Below, piece after piece: positions 14,379 to 27,500 of a stretch of 42,793 nt of DNA. The position numbers and the translations under genes are program-made. Positions within the stretch are counted from its first letter, which is position 1. Every line of letters begins with the position of its first letter. The DNA is taken from positions 1 through 42,793 of the forward strand of contig CALSCP010000159.1 of NCBI GenBank assembly GCA_943704425.1, given 5' to 3'. Under the pieces are notes generated by a model, which saw only the letters and a program-made list of their open reading frames with translations, was not told where the DNA came from and did no database searches. This stretch comes from Ministeria vibrans ATCC 50519 (Eukaryota > Protista > Filasterea).

Positions 14379-14680
14379 CGTAATTCCAGGGTAAGGCGAA
14401 AATAACAAGAATACTGAATAACCTCAAATGACTGAAATGAGTGAAATGACTAATAGGGCAGTTACTCACAAACAGAGAGCACAAATCCCAGTCAAAACAT
14501 GGAAAGTCCATGTAAAGTTGGACACGGTATTAACCTAGAGTATAGATAAAATTGGATTTTGCGTGTGGTGTGCGCCGAAGTAGAGAAGTTGAGCGATTGA
14601 AAGAATATTAGGCGTTTCCGTCACGATCACTGATCATTCTTACACTTCTCAGTTGTCAGTTGTCACACTAATTATCTATC

Positions 14681-15232
14681 ATGCTTCACTTACGCTCGCG
14701 TCAGAGTGTTCGATCGGTTCTGGCAGCAGGGTCGGCTCGCGCGGCCGTGTCGCGACCGTTTGCAACGGCGACGGCGGACGAGAAGAAGGCAGTTCATGCG
14801 CGCGTGAAACGGTCGGTGAAGCTCCCGTCGGCCGCCATGGGCATGCGACCGGACCCGGCCGTGCACAAGAGGATTGCTGCGTCGTGGTAAGGAGGGCGGC
14901 GGTGGCCGGGAGGGGTTGTGGGAAGCGGAAGGAAGATCCTCAAAAGACGCACTAACGGCTGACTAGGAAACAAGTGTATGCCCAGCAAGCGCAGACGAAT
15001 CCCGGCGAACCCTTCTTCCTGCGTGACGGCCCTCCCTATGCCAACGGACCCGTCCACATGGGCCATGCTCTGAACAAGGTAGGCTTCTCTCTCTCTATCA
15101 CTTTGTTTCTCTCTCTCTCTCTCTCCCTCTATCACTTTGTTACTTTCTCTCTGTCTGTCTCTCTGTCTGTCTCTGTCTCTCTCTCTCTCTGTCTCTTCTC
15201 TGTCTCTGTCTCTGTCTCTGTCTCTGTCTCTG

Positions 15233-15263
<31 letters not shown>

Positions 15264-17836
15264 GTCTGTCTGTCTGTCTCTCTGTCTCTTTCTCCTCTCT
15301 CTTTCCGATTCGCTATGTGACTGACTGTGTCAATTGTTACTCACTCTCGATCTCTTGACTGGACGAGTAGATTCTGAAAGATGCAGTCAATCGCTTTCAG
15401 ATTCTGCAGGGACGTCGAGTCGAGTATATCCCTGGCTGGGACTGCCACGGTCTTCCAATTGAACTCAAGGCGACGGCGGAGCTCAAGAAGAGCGGTGGAA
15501 CGGAGAAGGCGGACGCAGACACAGTGCGCAAGAAGGCCAAGGCGATTGCATCCAAGTGTCTCAAAGACCAACGCAAAGCGTTTGTCTCGTGGGGTGTGCT
15601 TGGTGACTGGGACAATCCCTATTTAACCATGACCAACAATTACGTCGAGGCAGAGGTAGTCTCTGGAGTGACAACCAACGAAAAGAACAACTAAAACGTG
15701 TTTTGTGTTTAGTTGAAAGTGTTCGAGCAACTTTTGTCGCGGAAACTGATCTTCCGAGCACATCGGCCGGTACACTGGTCACCGGCAACGCAGACTGCGC
15801 TGGCAGATGCGGAATTGGTCTACGTGTCGGATCACACAAGTCCTGCAATTACTGTCAAGTTCCCTCTCACGTACGAATTATTATTGATTGGTTTGTGTCT
15901 TACTGCATTCAATAGCAGTCACTGGCACACATTTCACCTCAAACGATACCCACGCGAGAGATCAATTACTTTTACATTGTCATGCACTTTTTTTTCTTCA
16001 CCGCACACACACTTCATTTCTGACTCTGCACCGCCTCTTCTCCCGCACAGGTCGTCCACGGGTGTCCCCCTCGGCAGTGCACTTGTGTGGACCACCACCC
16101 CCTGGACCCTCCCGGCCAATGCTGCTCTTGCCGTCCATCCTCTTCGCTCCTATGTTCTTGTCATGTACGCGCACCAACTCACTCTCTCACACGCATACAC
16201 GAGTCTCTCTCTCTTTCTATCACTTTGTTTCTCTCTCTCTATCACTTTGTTTCTCTCTCTTTCTATCACTTTGTTTCTCTCTATCACTTTGTTTCTCTCT
16301 CTCTATCACTTTGTTTCTCTCTCTATCACTTTGTTTCTCTCTCTATCACTTTGTTTCTCTCTCTCACTCTGTCACTTTCCTTTGTCACTTTGCTTTGCCA
16401 CTTTGTTTCTTTCTCTCTCTCTCTTGATAGCTGATACTCTTCTGAATAGGTCTGAGAGAACAAGTGAGGTTTATCTGATTGGGAAGGATTCTGAGCTGAT
16501 TGACTCAATCGGACCGTTTGAGGTATGAATCAAAGTCAGAAAAAGAGAGATTGGCTTATGATTTTGATTTAGGTTTTGGAAGAGAGTACGGGAGCAGAGC
16601 TGATTGGAATGAAATATTCCCATCCGCTGGACTACAGTCGGATTGAGAGTATAGTGAGTGCCGATTACGTCACTTCAACAGGTTCGCTTTTCTCTCTCGC
16701 GATTCTTCTTCCCCTCTCTTTTTGTCGATTATAATATTCATGTATTGTCCACTCTAAACCATGAGTGTGCGACCTTGCTCGTATTGTTTTTTCTCTGTGT
16801 GTGTGTGTGTCTGTGTATGGGGTTTGCATACGCACCGACTCTCTGCTCTCTCTCATCACCTTGTTGTTATCCCTCCTTTGTGTCACTCGCACTCTATGCG
16901 TGTGTTCCATTCATGTGCTTTTCCACCCACTGACTGGCAATGTTTTTCTCTCCTTCTTGTCTTCATCTCCTTGTCCTTGCTCTCAGGCACGTCGATTGTG
17001 CACATGGCGCCCGCCCATGGCTACGACGACTACATTGCGCTGGGTGCGACTGTGCAGCGCGACTCCGCCCACGCACTCGACCTGGGTCTTTTCCAGTGTG
17101 TAGACGATGCAGGTTGCTTTGAGAATGTCAAGGCTGTGACTGGCTGTGCTGAGAAACTTGTTGGTATTTATGACTTGTTTCGCATTGATGCTGTTGTTTT
17201 GATTGAGATATTGTGTGTGTGTGTGTGTAGGTCAAAGTGTGACGGGAAGTGGAAATGAGATGGTGATTGAACTGCTCAAGGAACGCAATGCGCTGTTTGC
17301 ACACAAGTCCATCTGTCACTCGTATCCGTATGACTGGAGGAGCAGTAAGAGGAATGAGAGGGACTTTCTGTTATGTGTGGATTAACATGGGTTTGTAGAT
17401 ACTCCGACGATTATGAGAGCGACTGAACAGGTATCAAGAGTGAGAGAGAAAAAAGAAGCGAAGTACCAGAGAGAGAGAGAGAGGAGGGAGGGAGGGAGCG
17501 AGTGGGCGACAGACAGACGATAGAGACTTATATTTCACTCACTTTTAGTGGTTTATGGAAGTGGGCGAGATTGCAAAGGACTGTATCAAGGCAATTGATG
17601 AGATCCAATTTGAACCGAGCGTAAGAGTGAAGTCAAAGATGCTTACAACATGAAAAGTGACATATACATCTACCGACACACACTTACTTCGCTTTTCTGT
17701 TTGTAGACTGGAAAAGCACGACTGTTGGGGACCATGAAGGGACGGCGCAACTGGTGTCTTTCCCGCCAGCGAACTTGGGGGGTTCCTATTCCGGCGTTTC
17801 GTGAGACTGCCACTGGCAAGGTTGTGACATCTCCAG
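14681..17836 (+). CDS. IARS2: Isoleucyl-tRNA synthetase, mitochondrial/bacterial type 1, N-terminal half (12 exons; stops before the KMSKS region)
   Basis: Arg/Ala-rich transit peptide; [18 protein letters not shown] (HIGH motif); [11 protein letters not shown]; [15 protein letters not shown]; [11 protein letters not shown]; [16 protein letters not shown]; HSYPYDWRS; RATEQWF; [14 protein letters not shown]. Then a (GA)n intron and an N gap. Confidence 0.95.
16203..16424. repeat. Intronic minisatellite: 7 copies of CTATCACTTTGTTT separated by (CT)n
   Basis: CTATCACTTTGT at ~16217, 16239, 16263, 16281, 16303, 16323, 16343, plus degenerate copies. Confidence 0.9.
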
Positions 17837-17873
17837 GTCAGAAGAAGAGAATAATAGAAACGAGAGAAACAAA

Positions 17874-17976
<103 letters not shown>

Positions 17977-17982
17977 NNNNNN

Positions 17983-18075
<93 letters not shown>

Positions 18076-18095
18076 GTTCCCTATGGGCCTCGCAG

Positions 18096-18477
18096 TCCTT
18101 CTCCAATGACGACGGTGTTCTTTTCTCCTCTCCCGAGAACGTCCCGCAACTTCTCGATCCGGTCTGTCAAGGCAGTGTCATTGTAGATTCATCCACGGGT
18201 ATTGTCTACCTCTCCAACGCTGACAATGCCGTCTCTCGAATCAACGGGACTGTCCACTACTCAACGTACTGTTACCCTCAACAGCACCACAGTCATTTCT
18301 TACACTCATGTATATATATTTAGTGATGACGGACAGTCCTATCAACTTCTGCGCGTGCTCGATCCCGGTCCGTTTGCCTACAGTGCCATCAACATGCTCA
18401 ACACAACGCATCTTGCCGTCCTCTACGAGCAGAACAACATGATTTACTTTCAACCGGTGCAGAAGGTGTCGTCTTGA
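18096..18477 (+). CDS. GH33 sialidase (BNR/Asp-box) C-terminal two exons; 5' part absent
   Basis: SFSNDDGVLFS...LLDPVCQGS...YLSNAD..SRINGTVHYSTDDGQSY...GPFAYS...LAVLYEQ: two Asp boxes, third-triad Arg, catalytic Tyr (AYS) and LYE motif. Confidence 0.8.
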
Positions 18478-18996
18478 ATGAAGTATTATTACACGCTAAC
18501 TCTGGAATCGCACCAAGAGTAATTCAATCAAATCCAATATCAATAATAATATTAATATGAAGACATACCTTGTTTGATTATAAGGGGTCCTCTTAAAATT
18601 ATTTGGAACGATCAAATCTCAAATGAAGATGAATAAGTTGAAATTGGAAAAGAATCACTCGCTGACGACTCTGAGAGGGTTACTCTCCTGTCTCATGTAT
18701 GATGCAAGGTACTTCAGTCAGTGTGGCTCTGGCGGATCATTCGTATCTACACTCCTAGCTGGATCCCTTGCGCCGTGTATCCTGTCAGAGAATGTTGTAA
18801 CTTAGCAGCAGTGGAAGAACAGTATGGAAGCGGAGGACGCACCGTTGTCGATACCGCAGTCAGTTGACAGAATTTCAGTCAAGTCACTCACTTGTTGTGA
18901 CTTGTGACTCTCAATATTTATTATTAATTATATTTTCTTTGATCCACTTTTACTTTTCTCGCTCAGTCGCCCCCCCCTCCCCTTACTTAACCCACC

Positions 18997-20007
18997 ATGG
19001 CTGACGACTACGACCAAGAAATCCCCGACGAGGAGAAGATCAAGATCGCCAGCGACTTTATCAAAAATGCGCCCGCCGGCGAGTTTAACGAAGTCTTCAA
19101 CGGTACGCGTTGCTGCCAGGGGGCCCTCCAGCCATCGCCCGTGTCGCTCCTGTGCTTCGCTTTCTGCTCTTCTCGAGACGTTTCCCCTCAAAATCAGCTT
19201 GAGCGTTTTTTTTTTCTCTATTCTCTCATCACCGACTTTCTCGTTGTGCTGTGCTTCCCGCACTCCCTGGCTCTTCCCGCCGTGTTGTCTTTGCCCACAC
19301 TTTCCCGTCTGGCCGCTCTTTTGTGCGCGCTCTCTCTCTCTCTTTCTCTCTCTCTTTCACTTTACAGTTTGTCTGTTTGAGAAAAGTCTCTTTGATAAAA
19401 AAAAATACCTTCTCTCTCACACCACCGTGCCACGCACCTCTGCCTCTATCCACGCAACCCCTTTGCATTTGGGCGCTGTGGTTTTGCGTGGCGCCCTTCC
19501 TTTGTCGTCTTGTTGTGATTGCGTTGCGTTTTCAGCCGAAATCTCACTCTTCTGGGCTTCTCTCGGCGCCCTCTCTGCCGCGACATGCACACCAGTGCCC
19601 CTGGGTGTCCTCTCGAGTGGAGATTGCGGCTGCGGTTGTGCTGCAATTTCGGTGTTGATCGTTTTTTCTGTGGCGTAGACGTTCGCGTATTGCTCGGCAA
19701 CGACGAGCTTCTCAAGGAGGGTGCTGCCCAGTCATTTGCACGGTACAACAGGGATCAGTTCACTCCCGTCGAGATGGAAGGCGAAAAACGCAAGGTTCGC
19801 ACAAGAGGGCAAAAACTTGTTTTCCTTATGTCTCCTTCGTTTTCTTTAGACACTCATCACAGAGGTTGGAGACCTTGGCGAGGGCCGATTTCTTGACCCG
19901 ACGTCAGGAAAGTCGTTTGCCTTTGACCACTTGACCAAAGCCGTCTCGGACATTCAAGAGGAGGAGCGTGATGCTACATCCGAACCTTTCCGGTACACTC
20001 ACTTGTC

Positions 20008-20048
<41 letters not shown>

Positions 20049-20842
20049 ACACGTCTCATTTGCTCCTCTCCTGATACTTTCTCTCCAGACTCGCAATGGA
20101 CTTTGCCGCTGCCAAGTACCTGACTTCACATTTCCCCGCGGGCAACCTGACGGTCTACGGCAAAAGCAGTGGCGACGAGGTGACACTGACTGTCTGTCTC
20201 GAAGACCACAAATTCAACCCAAAGAACTTTTGGAATGGCCGTTGGCGCTCAAGTGTAAGTGAACAAGAGAATAGATAGAGAGAGACAAGAGAGAGCCAGA
20301 GAGAGAGAGAGACAACGTGTTAGAGAGAAGCAAAATCATATATATATATGTATATATATAAAACAAAGACGTAATAGAGAGAGCAAGCGTGTAATAGGAG
20401 CATGTGTTTGTGTGTGTAGTGGACAGTGAAGTTTGGAGCGGACGGTAGCGGCGGGAGCATTACGGGGGTGATGCGGATCCAAGTGCACTACTACGAGGAC
20501 GGCAATGTGCAGCTGCAGTCAAGCAAGGACGTTTCAGGGGCAGTCCCGGCGACCTCCGACCCCGAAGCCATTGCGCGCGCTGTCGTTGATCTGATGGAGA
20601 CGCAGGAGAATGACTACCAGACGGCCCTCAATGAGAACTACAATGTCATGTCCGACACCACATTTAAGGTAGCGCGCAAAATAATGGCGATACAACTCAA
20701 AAGCCACTCACTCTCGAAATTGTATGTGTGTGTGCGTATGTTTTTTTAGGCTCTGCGACGTCAACTTCCCGTGACCCATTCCAAGCTGGACTGGAACAAG
20801 ATTCTCGCGTACAAACTTGGTGCGGAAATGGACAAGAAGTAA
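18997..20842 (+). CDS. CAPZA: F-actin capping protein subunit alpha, 6 exons
   Basis: [31 protein letters not shown]; [14 protein letters not shown]; [12 protein letters not shown]; [16 protein letters not shown]; stop TAA at 20840-20842. Confidence 0.97.
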
Positions 20843-21030
20843 CTTGTGTTTTGCTCTGTGTGTGTGTCAAAGAGTGCGAAAAGAAAGTGAGAGTAAATGA
20901 AAAAAGTTAGAACGATCTTTTCTTGTGAGTCAGAGGAGGTGATAATTGTTACAAATTAATAATAACTTTATAACAGTTATAGTGATTCTGTCAATATATG
21001 ATTAATCGCAACAGATTGCATAATAATAAT

Positions 21031-24000
21031 TCACTCAGTCTGAGTCTGAGTGTCACTCGCCGTCTTTTCTACCCCCTCGTTTTCTTCTTTTTCTTCTTCT
21101 TTTTCTTTTTCTTTTTCTTCTTCTTTTTCTTCTTCTTCTTCTTCTTCTTCTTCTTCTACCACTTCCCATGAGTCTGGAATGTCTTCCTCTTTGTCTGATG
21201 TGGCAGCCTTGATTGTTGCTTGGAGTGGCGTGTCGTCGCGCAGAGTCGCAATAATGGCACGCGCATTGAACAGCTGATCGACTGACGGTCCGCCGAATGA
21301 GCTGACGGGCGGCGCAGCTGTGTCTCGCCCGCTCTGCGTGTGTTGCTGTGGCCGTTTGCCGTTGGTGTTGTCGTGTGACGCTGTGACTGTCTCAGAGAGA
21401 AGCACAGTGGGCAGACGCGAGTGAACGTTGCGCGTGAGGATAACGGAGCGTTTGGGTTCTGCGTCGACCGAAAGAGCAGTGACGTTGTAGAAGGGAGCCA
21501 TTTCATGGACAAGGTGTCGCACACTGGCCTTCATGACGGGCAGATGAGTGGCGCTCATGGTTGTGCCTGCGAGCGAGACGACAAGCTCATGAAAGTGCGA
21601 CTCTAGTTGGCGCACGAGCGGACGGTTGATGCGTACGGCGTCGAGAAGGGATTCGGGGTAGTCCGGCACGAGCGACTCGCGCTCGGCTTGACGAGCCGCT
21701 CGATCGACGCTGAGTGCGTCTGCGAGACGACGATTGCGCTCTTCGATAGCACAATCGGTGTCACAGTCGAGGACGTTGCCACGCAGCGCATGCGAGAGCG
21801 CAGCCATCTGGTAGGGGGTGGACGCGTCGAGCGCACTGGTGATCACACTTGACAAAGGACAGGTGGCAGATGAGGTTGCAGTGGTGGTGGAGGTGGTGGT
21901 GGTGGAGGCGGTGGCAGTAGATGCCGAGTCGGCATTGCGTGTGGTGGTCTGACCGCAGAGACTGCGTCCCTTGCGACGACCACACGGACACTGAATGTCG
22001 ACGGGCGTCTCGCAGGGCGCATCGGGACATTCGCTGAGGTCCGGGTGGCAGGGCACGTTGCACGGATGACCGCACGAGTCGCGCTTAGCCGTGCATGGCT
22101 GTACACAATCGTTGGGAGCGCAGGAGCCCTCGTGACATGGCTGGATGCATCGGTGACCGCAGGGAAACGGGCGACCGCACTTGCGACCGCACGAGAAGGC
22201 GGTCGAGCTACAGGTGACGGTGCGAGACTCGTGAGCGCCCTTGCATGGGCGCTGAACGAGCACGGCACACGGAGGACATTGGGGCAAGTTATGACAGGTG
22301 TGCATCACAGCGTGGTCGCAGCGGTGTTCGCGGGCACAGCGTTGCTTGCACTGGGGTGGTGGTGTGCCGCACTTGACGGGTGGGAAGAGCACGGTGAGAC
22401 CGCAGTGACACGCAACTTCGTTGTACTCGGCCATGAGACAGGGCGGACAGCGACCGCGGTGGCAGGGTGCCTCGCAGGCGTGCACGCCACACTGCAGACG
22501 CCGACCGCACGTGAGCATGCAGAAGTGCTCATCGGGACCCTTGGCGGCGCAACAGCGAGTGCTGCAACGGTGGCGGCCGCACGACTTGATCTCGTTGCAC
22601 AAACTGCGACAGCGGAACTCAAACCCCGGCTCGTGCTCCGCGCACACCACGTGCATGCTCTCGGCGCCACAGACACACGCCAGCTCAAGCTCAACGGTGC
22701 ACGGACCACAGTCGCCTTCGTGGCAGGTGCGCGGACAGCCATGACCACACGGCAGCTGACGGCCACACGGGAGGGTTGAGTCGCACAGGGGCACGGGGGC
22801 ACGACAGCTGAGGCGCGCCCGACGCTTTTCGTGCGTCAGCTCGCGACGACCACACGGACACGTGCTCACTGACTGTGTGTCGGTACGGCACGAGCCACAC
22901 GAGCCCGCGTGGCACAGCAGTTTGCATTTGCAGTTGCCGCAGCGCAGTGGGGCGTCACAGGGCTCGGCACACGAGTAGGTGCCCTCCTGGCCCGGCTCAC
23001 GCACCCGCTCGACACACGACATGGTGCGCTTGTGCTTGCCGCAGAAGCAACGGTCTTGGTAGGTGACAGGACACGACTCACAGGGACCCTCGTGGCAGAT
23101 GGCGCGGCAGCGATGACGTCCGCACTCGAGCTGACGGTTGCACAAGCCACCACAGCTGACACGCTCCAAGTTGCCCTTGCACCGCACTGTCGTGCTGATT
23201 TTGCTGCACCAACAGCGACGCGTGACCATGCCAGCGCACGGTGGACAAGGACCCGGATGACACAGCTGCGCACACTTGTGTGTCTTGCACGATCGCTTCT
23301 TGCCACACAGTGCGCCACACGAGTGTGGGGTGGTGGAGGGATCGTCGCGCGGCGAAACCACTTTGCCGCAGAAGCAGCGGTACTGTGAAGGATACACGGT
23401 GGATGTGGTCTGACAGGCGGGACAGCGCCATCCAGTTTGGGCGCCACCCGGGGCACTCGATCGAATCCACTTGTGGAGACAGTGCTTGTGGAAGATGGCA
23501 AAACATTCTTGGCAGGAGAGGACATGGTCCTTGCGACTCACAATCGAGCAGCACACCATGCACTCGAGCTCGTTGGAATGGAGCAGACGAATGAGTTCGT
23601 CGGCTCGCGACAGACTGCCCGTGGGCTCTGTCGAAGAGAAGTTGGGCTGTGGTTGAGGTTGTTGTTGTTGATGATGATGATGATGGACGGCAGACGACGA
23701 CGACGACGACGACTTCTTCGGGTGTTGCTTGCGCTCCTTCTTCGTTGTCGTCGTTGTTGTTGTTGTCGTCGTCATGGTCGTCGTCGTGGTCGTAGTTGAC
23801 TCGGATGTCGCATCGGCAGCAGCAGCAGCAGCCGCCGCCGCCGCAACCTCTTCGGATGGCACAAACGGCGCAGCGTTCACGCGAAGACCTGCACCAGCCG
23901 ACGATGACGCGCTGTTTCGTCCACCGCGCGCCCCACTGCGGCCGCGACTACCGCCCCCACCACGTCGACTACCACCACCCCCACCACGACCACCGCGCCG

Positions 24001-24237
24001 TGACGATGCTGACGAGCCACTCGATGGAGTAGGCGACGAGGACGACGCACGTTGCGTAATCGACGCCTCCATTCCTCGACCCGTCTCCTCAGAGGACGAT
24101 CCCGTCGAGTTCGAGCCTGCAGCACCGCCCCGCGCACCTCCACGGCCACCGCGACCTCCTCTTGATCGACCCCGACCGCCAGGCTCGCGGCTTTTCCCGC
24201 GATTCGGAATTGCTTCAGATGTAGATGTGGTTTCCAT
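21031..24237 (-). CDS. NFX1: NF-X1-type zinc-finger protein NFX1/FAP1/shuttle craft (PAM2, RING/PHD, NF-X1 repeats, R3H), single exon, 1068 aa
   Basis: LRVNAAPFVP (PAM2-like); ECMVCC..CQECFAIFHKHCLHKW..WRCPAC; repeated C..LxCGxHxC..xCHxGxCxxC; CDTDCAIEERNRRLADAL; RHLVHEMAPFYNVTALSVDAEPKRSV (R3H). Confidence 0.93.
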   Translation of the reverse strand: METTSTSEAIPNRGKSREPGGRGRSRGGRGGRGGARGGAAGSNSTGSSSEETGRGMEASITQRASSSSPTPSSGSSASSRRGGRGGGGGSRRGGGGSRGRSGARGGRNSASSSAGAGLRVNAAPFVPSEEVAAAAAAAAAADATSESTTTTTTTMTTTTTTTTTTKKERKQHPKKSSSSSSSAVHHHHHQQQQPQPQPNFSSTEPTGSLSRADELIRLLHSNELECMVCCSIVSRKDHVLSCQECFAIFHKHCLHKWIRSSAPGGAQTGWRCPACQTTSTVYPSQYRCFCGKVVSPRDDPSTTPHSCGALCGKKRSCKTHKCAQLCHPGPCPPCAGMVTRRCWCSKISTTVRCKGNLERVSCGGLCNRQLECGRHRCRAICHEGPCESCPVTYQDRCFCGKHKRTMSCVERVREPGQEGTYSCAEPCDAPLRCGNCKCKLLCHAGSCGSCRTDTQSVSTCPCGRRELTHEKRRARLSCRAPVPLCDSTLPCGRQLPCGHGCPRTCHEGDCGPCTVELELACVCGAESMHVVCAEHEPGFEFRCRSLCNEIKSCGRHRCSTRCCAAKGPDEHFCMLTCGRRLQCGVHACEAPCHRGRCPPCLMAEYNEVACHCGLTVLFPPVKCGTPPPQCKQRCAREHRCDHAVMHTCHNLPQCPPCAVLVQRPCKGAHESRTVTCSSTAFSCGRKCGRPFPCGHRCIQPCHEGSCAPNDCVQPCTAKRDSCGHPCNVPCHPDLSECPDAPCETPVDIQCPCGRRKGRSLCGQTTTRNADSASTATASTTTTSTTTATSSATCPLSSVITSALDASTPYQMAALSHALRGNVLDCDTDCAIEERNRRLADALSVDRAARQAERESLVPDYPESLLDAVRINRPLVRQLESHFHELVVSLAGTTMSATHLPVMKASVRHLVHEMAPFYNVTALSVDAEPKRSVILTRNVHSRLPTVLLSETVTASHDNTNGKRPQQHTQSGRDTAAPPVSSFGGPSVDQLFNARAIIATLRDDTPLQATIKAATSDKEEDIPDSWEVVEEEEEEEEEEKEEEKEKEKEEEKEENEGVEKTASDTQTQTE

Positions 24238-24524
24238 GAATAATAATGAAGATCAAAATTCAATCGTGATTCAATCAGAGCCTTATGACTTATGCCCGTC
24301 CCTCTCACGTCCCTCTCAGGATATGGTGTATCTGGTGCCTATTGCATCACTTGTCTGGCCATCAGGAAATCTGTCTCCGCTCCCTATCGACGCTCCCGTA
24401 GCTTGAAAAGTGGTTCTGTTGTCGCTTTTCGTTTGTGATCACTTTGTGATCGATATTATCTTCTTCTTCTCATTAATAATTATTAATTATTCATTATTAT
24501 TCATTATTTCTCTTACATTTACAT

Positions 24525-27500
24525 ATGTCTGTCGCCTACGAACAAATTGGCCGAACGGCTGTGCTTACGATCAACAATCCGCCGGTGAATGCGCTCGGGT
24601 AGGCAAATACAAGATGGGACAACACACAATCCACAACAAACCAACTTTCATTCACAGCTCCTCAGTGCGACTTGGCCTTCAAGACGGCGTCAAGGTGAGC
24701 GCTACTAGCTGCGATGATGGTCTACTCGCCACTGACTGACACGCTCCGTTTTTCAGCGTGCACACCGGGAGACAGGAGTCGATTCCATTGTCATCATGGG
24801 CGGTAAGCACACACGCGATGGTTCAGTCGCTTTGCGCCCATGTTCACTCTCTACTCTCCTCCCAGGCGGTCGTACCTTCCCGGCCGGTGCCGATGTGACC
24901 GAATTCTCGGACATGACCAAGGCAATGTGCGAGCCACGACTGCCGCAACTGTGCACGCAAATCGAGTCGTCGCCCAAACCCGTCGTGGCCGCCCTGCACG
25001 GCACCTGCTACGGCGGAGGCCTTGAAATCGCCTTGGGCTGCCACTACCGCATTGCTCTTGCTTCTGCGCGTGTCTCCTTTCCCGAAGTCCACCTGGGCAT
25101 CTTGCCTGGAGCCGGTGGCACGCAGCGCCTTCCGCGCGTCGTCTCCATTGAACATGCCATCGACATGATCACAACGGGCCGGCCTGTCCGCGCTGCGACC
25201 GCCCTCGAATGGGGTCTTCTTGATCAAGTGGTTCCAGACAACGCCAAAGATCCACGCGCGCTCCTCAAAGCAGCGCTCCAGTGCGCCTCAACGGCTGTCG
25301 CCTCCTCCAGCTCAACGCACCTCCGACGCGTCTCCGCCAAACCCCTCCACGACCTCACCACAGCGCCCGCCACCCTCGCCGCCGCTCGAACCCGCCTAGA
25401 GCAGCGCAACCCACACTTTGAGGCGCCTCTGCGGTGCATTGATGCGCTCCAGGCGGCATACACCCACGGCCAGGCGTCGTTTGCGCGCGGCATGCAAGCG
25501 GAGGAGGCCCTTATTGCGTCGCTCATGCAATCCCCACAGGCGCGTGCCCTTCAACATCTCTTCTTTGCCGAACGCCTTGCCGCTCGCATTCCAGGGCTTC
25601 CCAACAGTCCCGCCGCCACAGTGAACTCAGTGGGGGTCATTGGCGGAGGGACAATGGGCTGTGGCATTGCCCAGTGCTTCCTCGACAAACACATTGCAAC
25701 GACACTCATTGACACCTCTACAGACGCCATTGCGCGAGCACTCGCCACTATCAAGCACACATATGCTGTCCGTGTCAAGCGCAACACCCTCACTTCCGCA
25801 CAAGTCGAGTCGCGTCTCGCTCTCCTCTCACTCCACACCGAGCTCAAGTCTCTTGCACACTGTGATTTGGTCATTGAAGCAGTCTTTGAGAACATGCAGA
25901 TTAAACAAAAGGTATGAAGCACAATAGTGTGTGTGTGTGTGTGTGTGTGTGTGTCATTGTCTCGGTTTCACTAATTATTGATAATAAGGTTTCTTATAAA
26001 ATATATATTATAATGTTTCTCTGATTGGTTTCCTTTTTCTTCTTCAGGTGTTTAAGGAATTGGATTTGGTCTGTAAGTCCGACGCAGTTTTGGCGTCCAA
26101 CACATCCACACTTGATATTGAACAGGTGATGATAGTGTCATTTGTGCAGAGTTTGTGTGTGTAGTAGTATGCGTGTGGGCAAACTTAAGTGTGAGTTGTG
26201 ATAGAGTTGAGTTGAATTGTGTGATGACTGATTGGTATAATTGTGTGATTGGTATGTGATGTTTGAATTGTGTGATGACTGATTGGTATGATTGTGTGAT
26301 TGGTATGTGCTGTTTGAATTGTGTGATGACTGATTGGTATAATTGTGTGATTGGTATGTGCTGTTTGAATTGTGTGATGACTGATTGATCATTTGCGTTG
26401 ATTGCGCTGTACGGTGCTTGTGTTGATTGCGCTGTACGTTGCTTGATGTGTGTTGAATGAACTGCGTGTGATAGATTGGGATGTGTGTTGATGATTGGAA
26501 TTGTGGTTGATTGAGTGATTGACTTTGATTGTATTGTGTACTGCGTGTAGATTGCGAGTGTGACAAGTCGACCCGATCAAGTGGTAGGAATGCACTTTTT
26601 TGCACCCGGTAAGAACAACAGCTCACACAGGAAGTCGGAGAATTCAGTGTGGATTCTATTCTTATCGATTTGTGCTCTCACCAGCGAACGTCATGCGTCT
26701 TCTGGAAAACATCCGAACACCGCACACGTCAGCACGGGCAATTTTGACTGCGATGGAGACGGGCAAACGCATTGGCAAACTTGCTGTGCTTGCGCGCAAT
26801 TGCGATGGGTTCATTGGGAACCGCATGATCGAGTTTTACGGGCGAGAGGCCATGTTTATGTTGGAGGAAGGTGCATTTCCAGAGCAGGTGTGAACAGATA
26901 AGGGAGCAACGAGATCTGACTGACCGTGTTGTGTGTGTGCGTGTGTTAGATTGATAGAGTGATGAAGCAATATGGAATGCCAATGGGACCTTTTGAGATG
27001 GCCGATCTGTCTGGGAATGATATTGGGTGGCGGATCCGACAGGGCAAAGGCTACACGACAGCTAAAACCCTGCCGTTCCGGTACAGTGCGCTCGGAGGTG
27101 AGTTGAACACCCATGTAAGGTGTATATGTGTCTGATACATCACAAAATTAGATAAACTGTGCGAACTGGGGCGATTTGGACAGAAGACGGGCAAAGGATG
27201 GTACTCGTACGCCGAGAAGAGCCGCAAAGGAACGGTGGACGAGCGAGTGCACCAGCTGATTGTGCAGCACAGCGAAGACAAAGGGTTCCAGCGCAGAGTC
27301 ATTGAGGACACAGAGATTCTCCAGCGCTGTCTTTTTCCGCTGATGAATGAGGGGTATCGCTTGTTAAAGGAAGGTACAGACTACCTCCCGCCACTAAGCA
27401 CACTGAACACACACACACACACACCACAAAGACATACACTCATGCACACACACATACATACATACACACACACATACACACACACACTCACACACACTAA

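Noticed and set aside
18655-18900. Possible snoRNA or structured RNA upstream of CapZ-alpha (ctctgagagg ... cctgtcagag pairing, TATGATG)
   Set aside because: No convincing C/D or H/ACA box set; not supportable without a covariance search.
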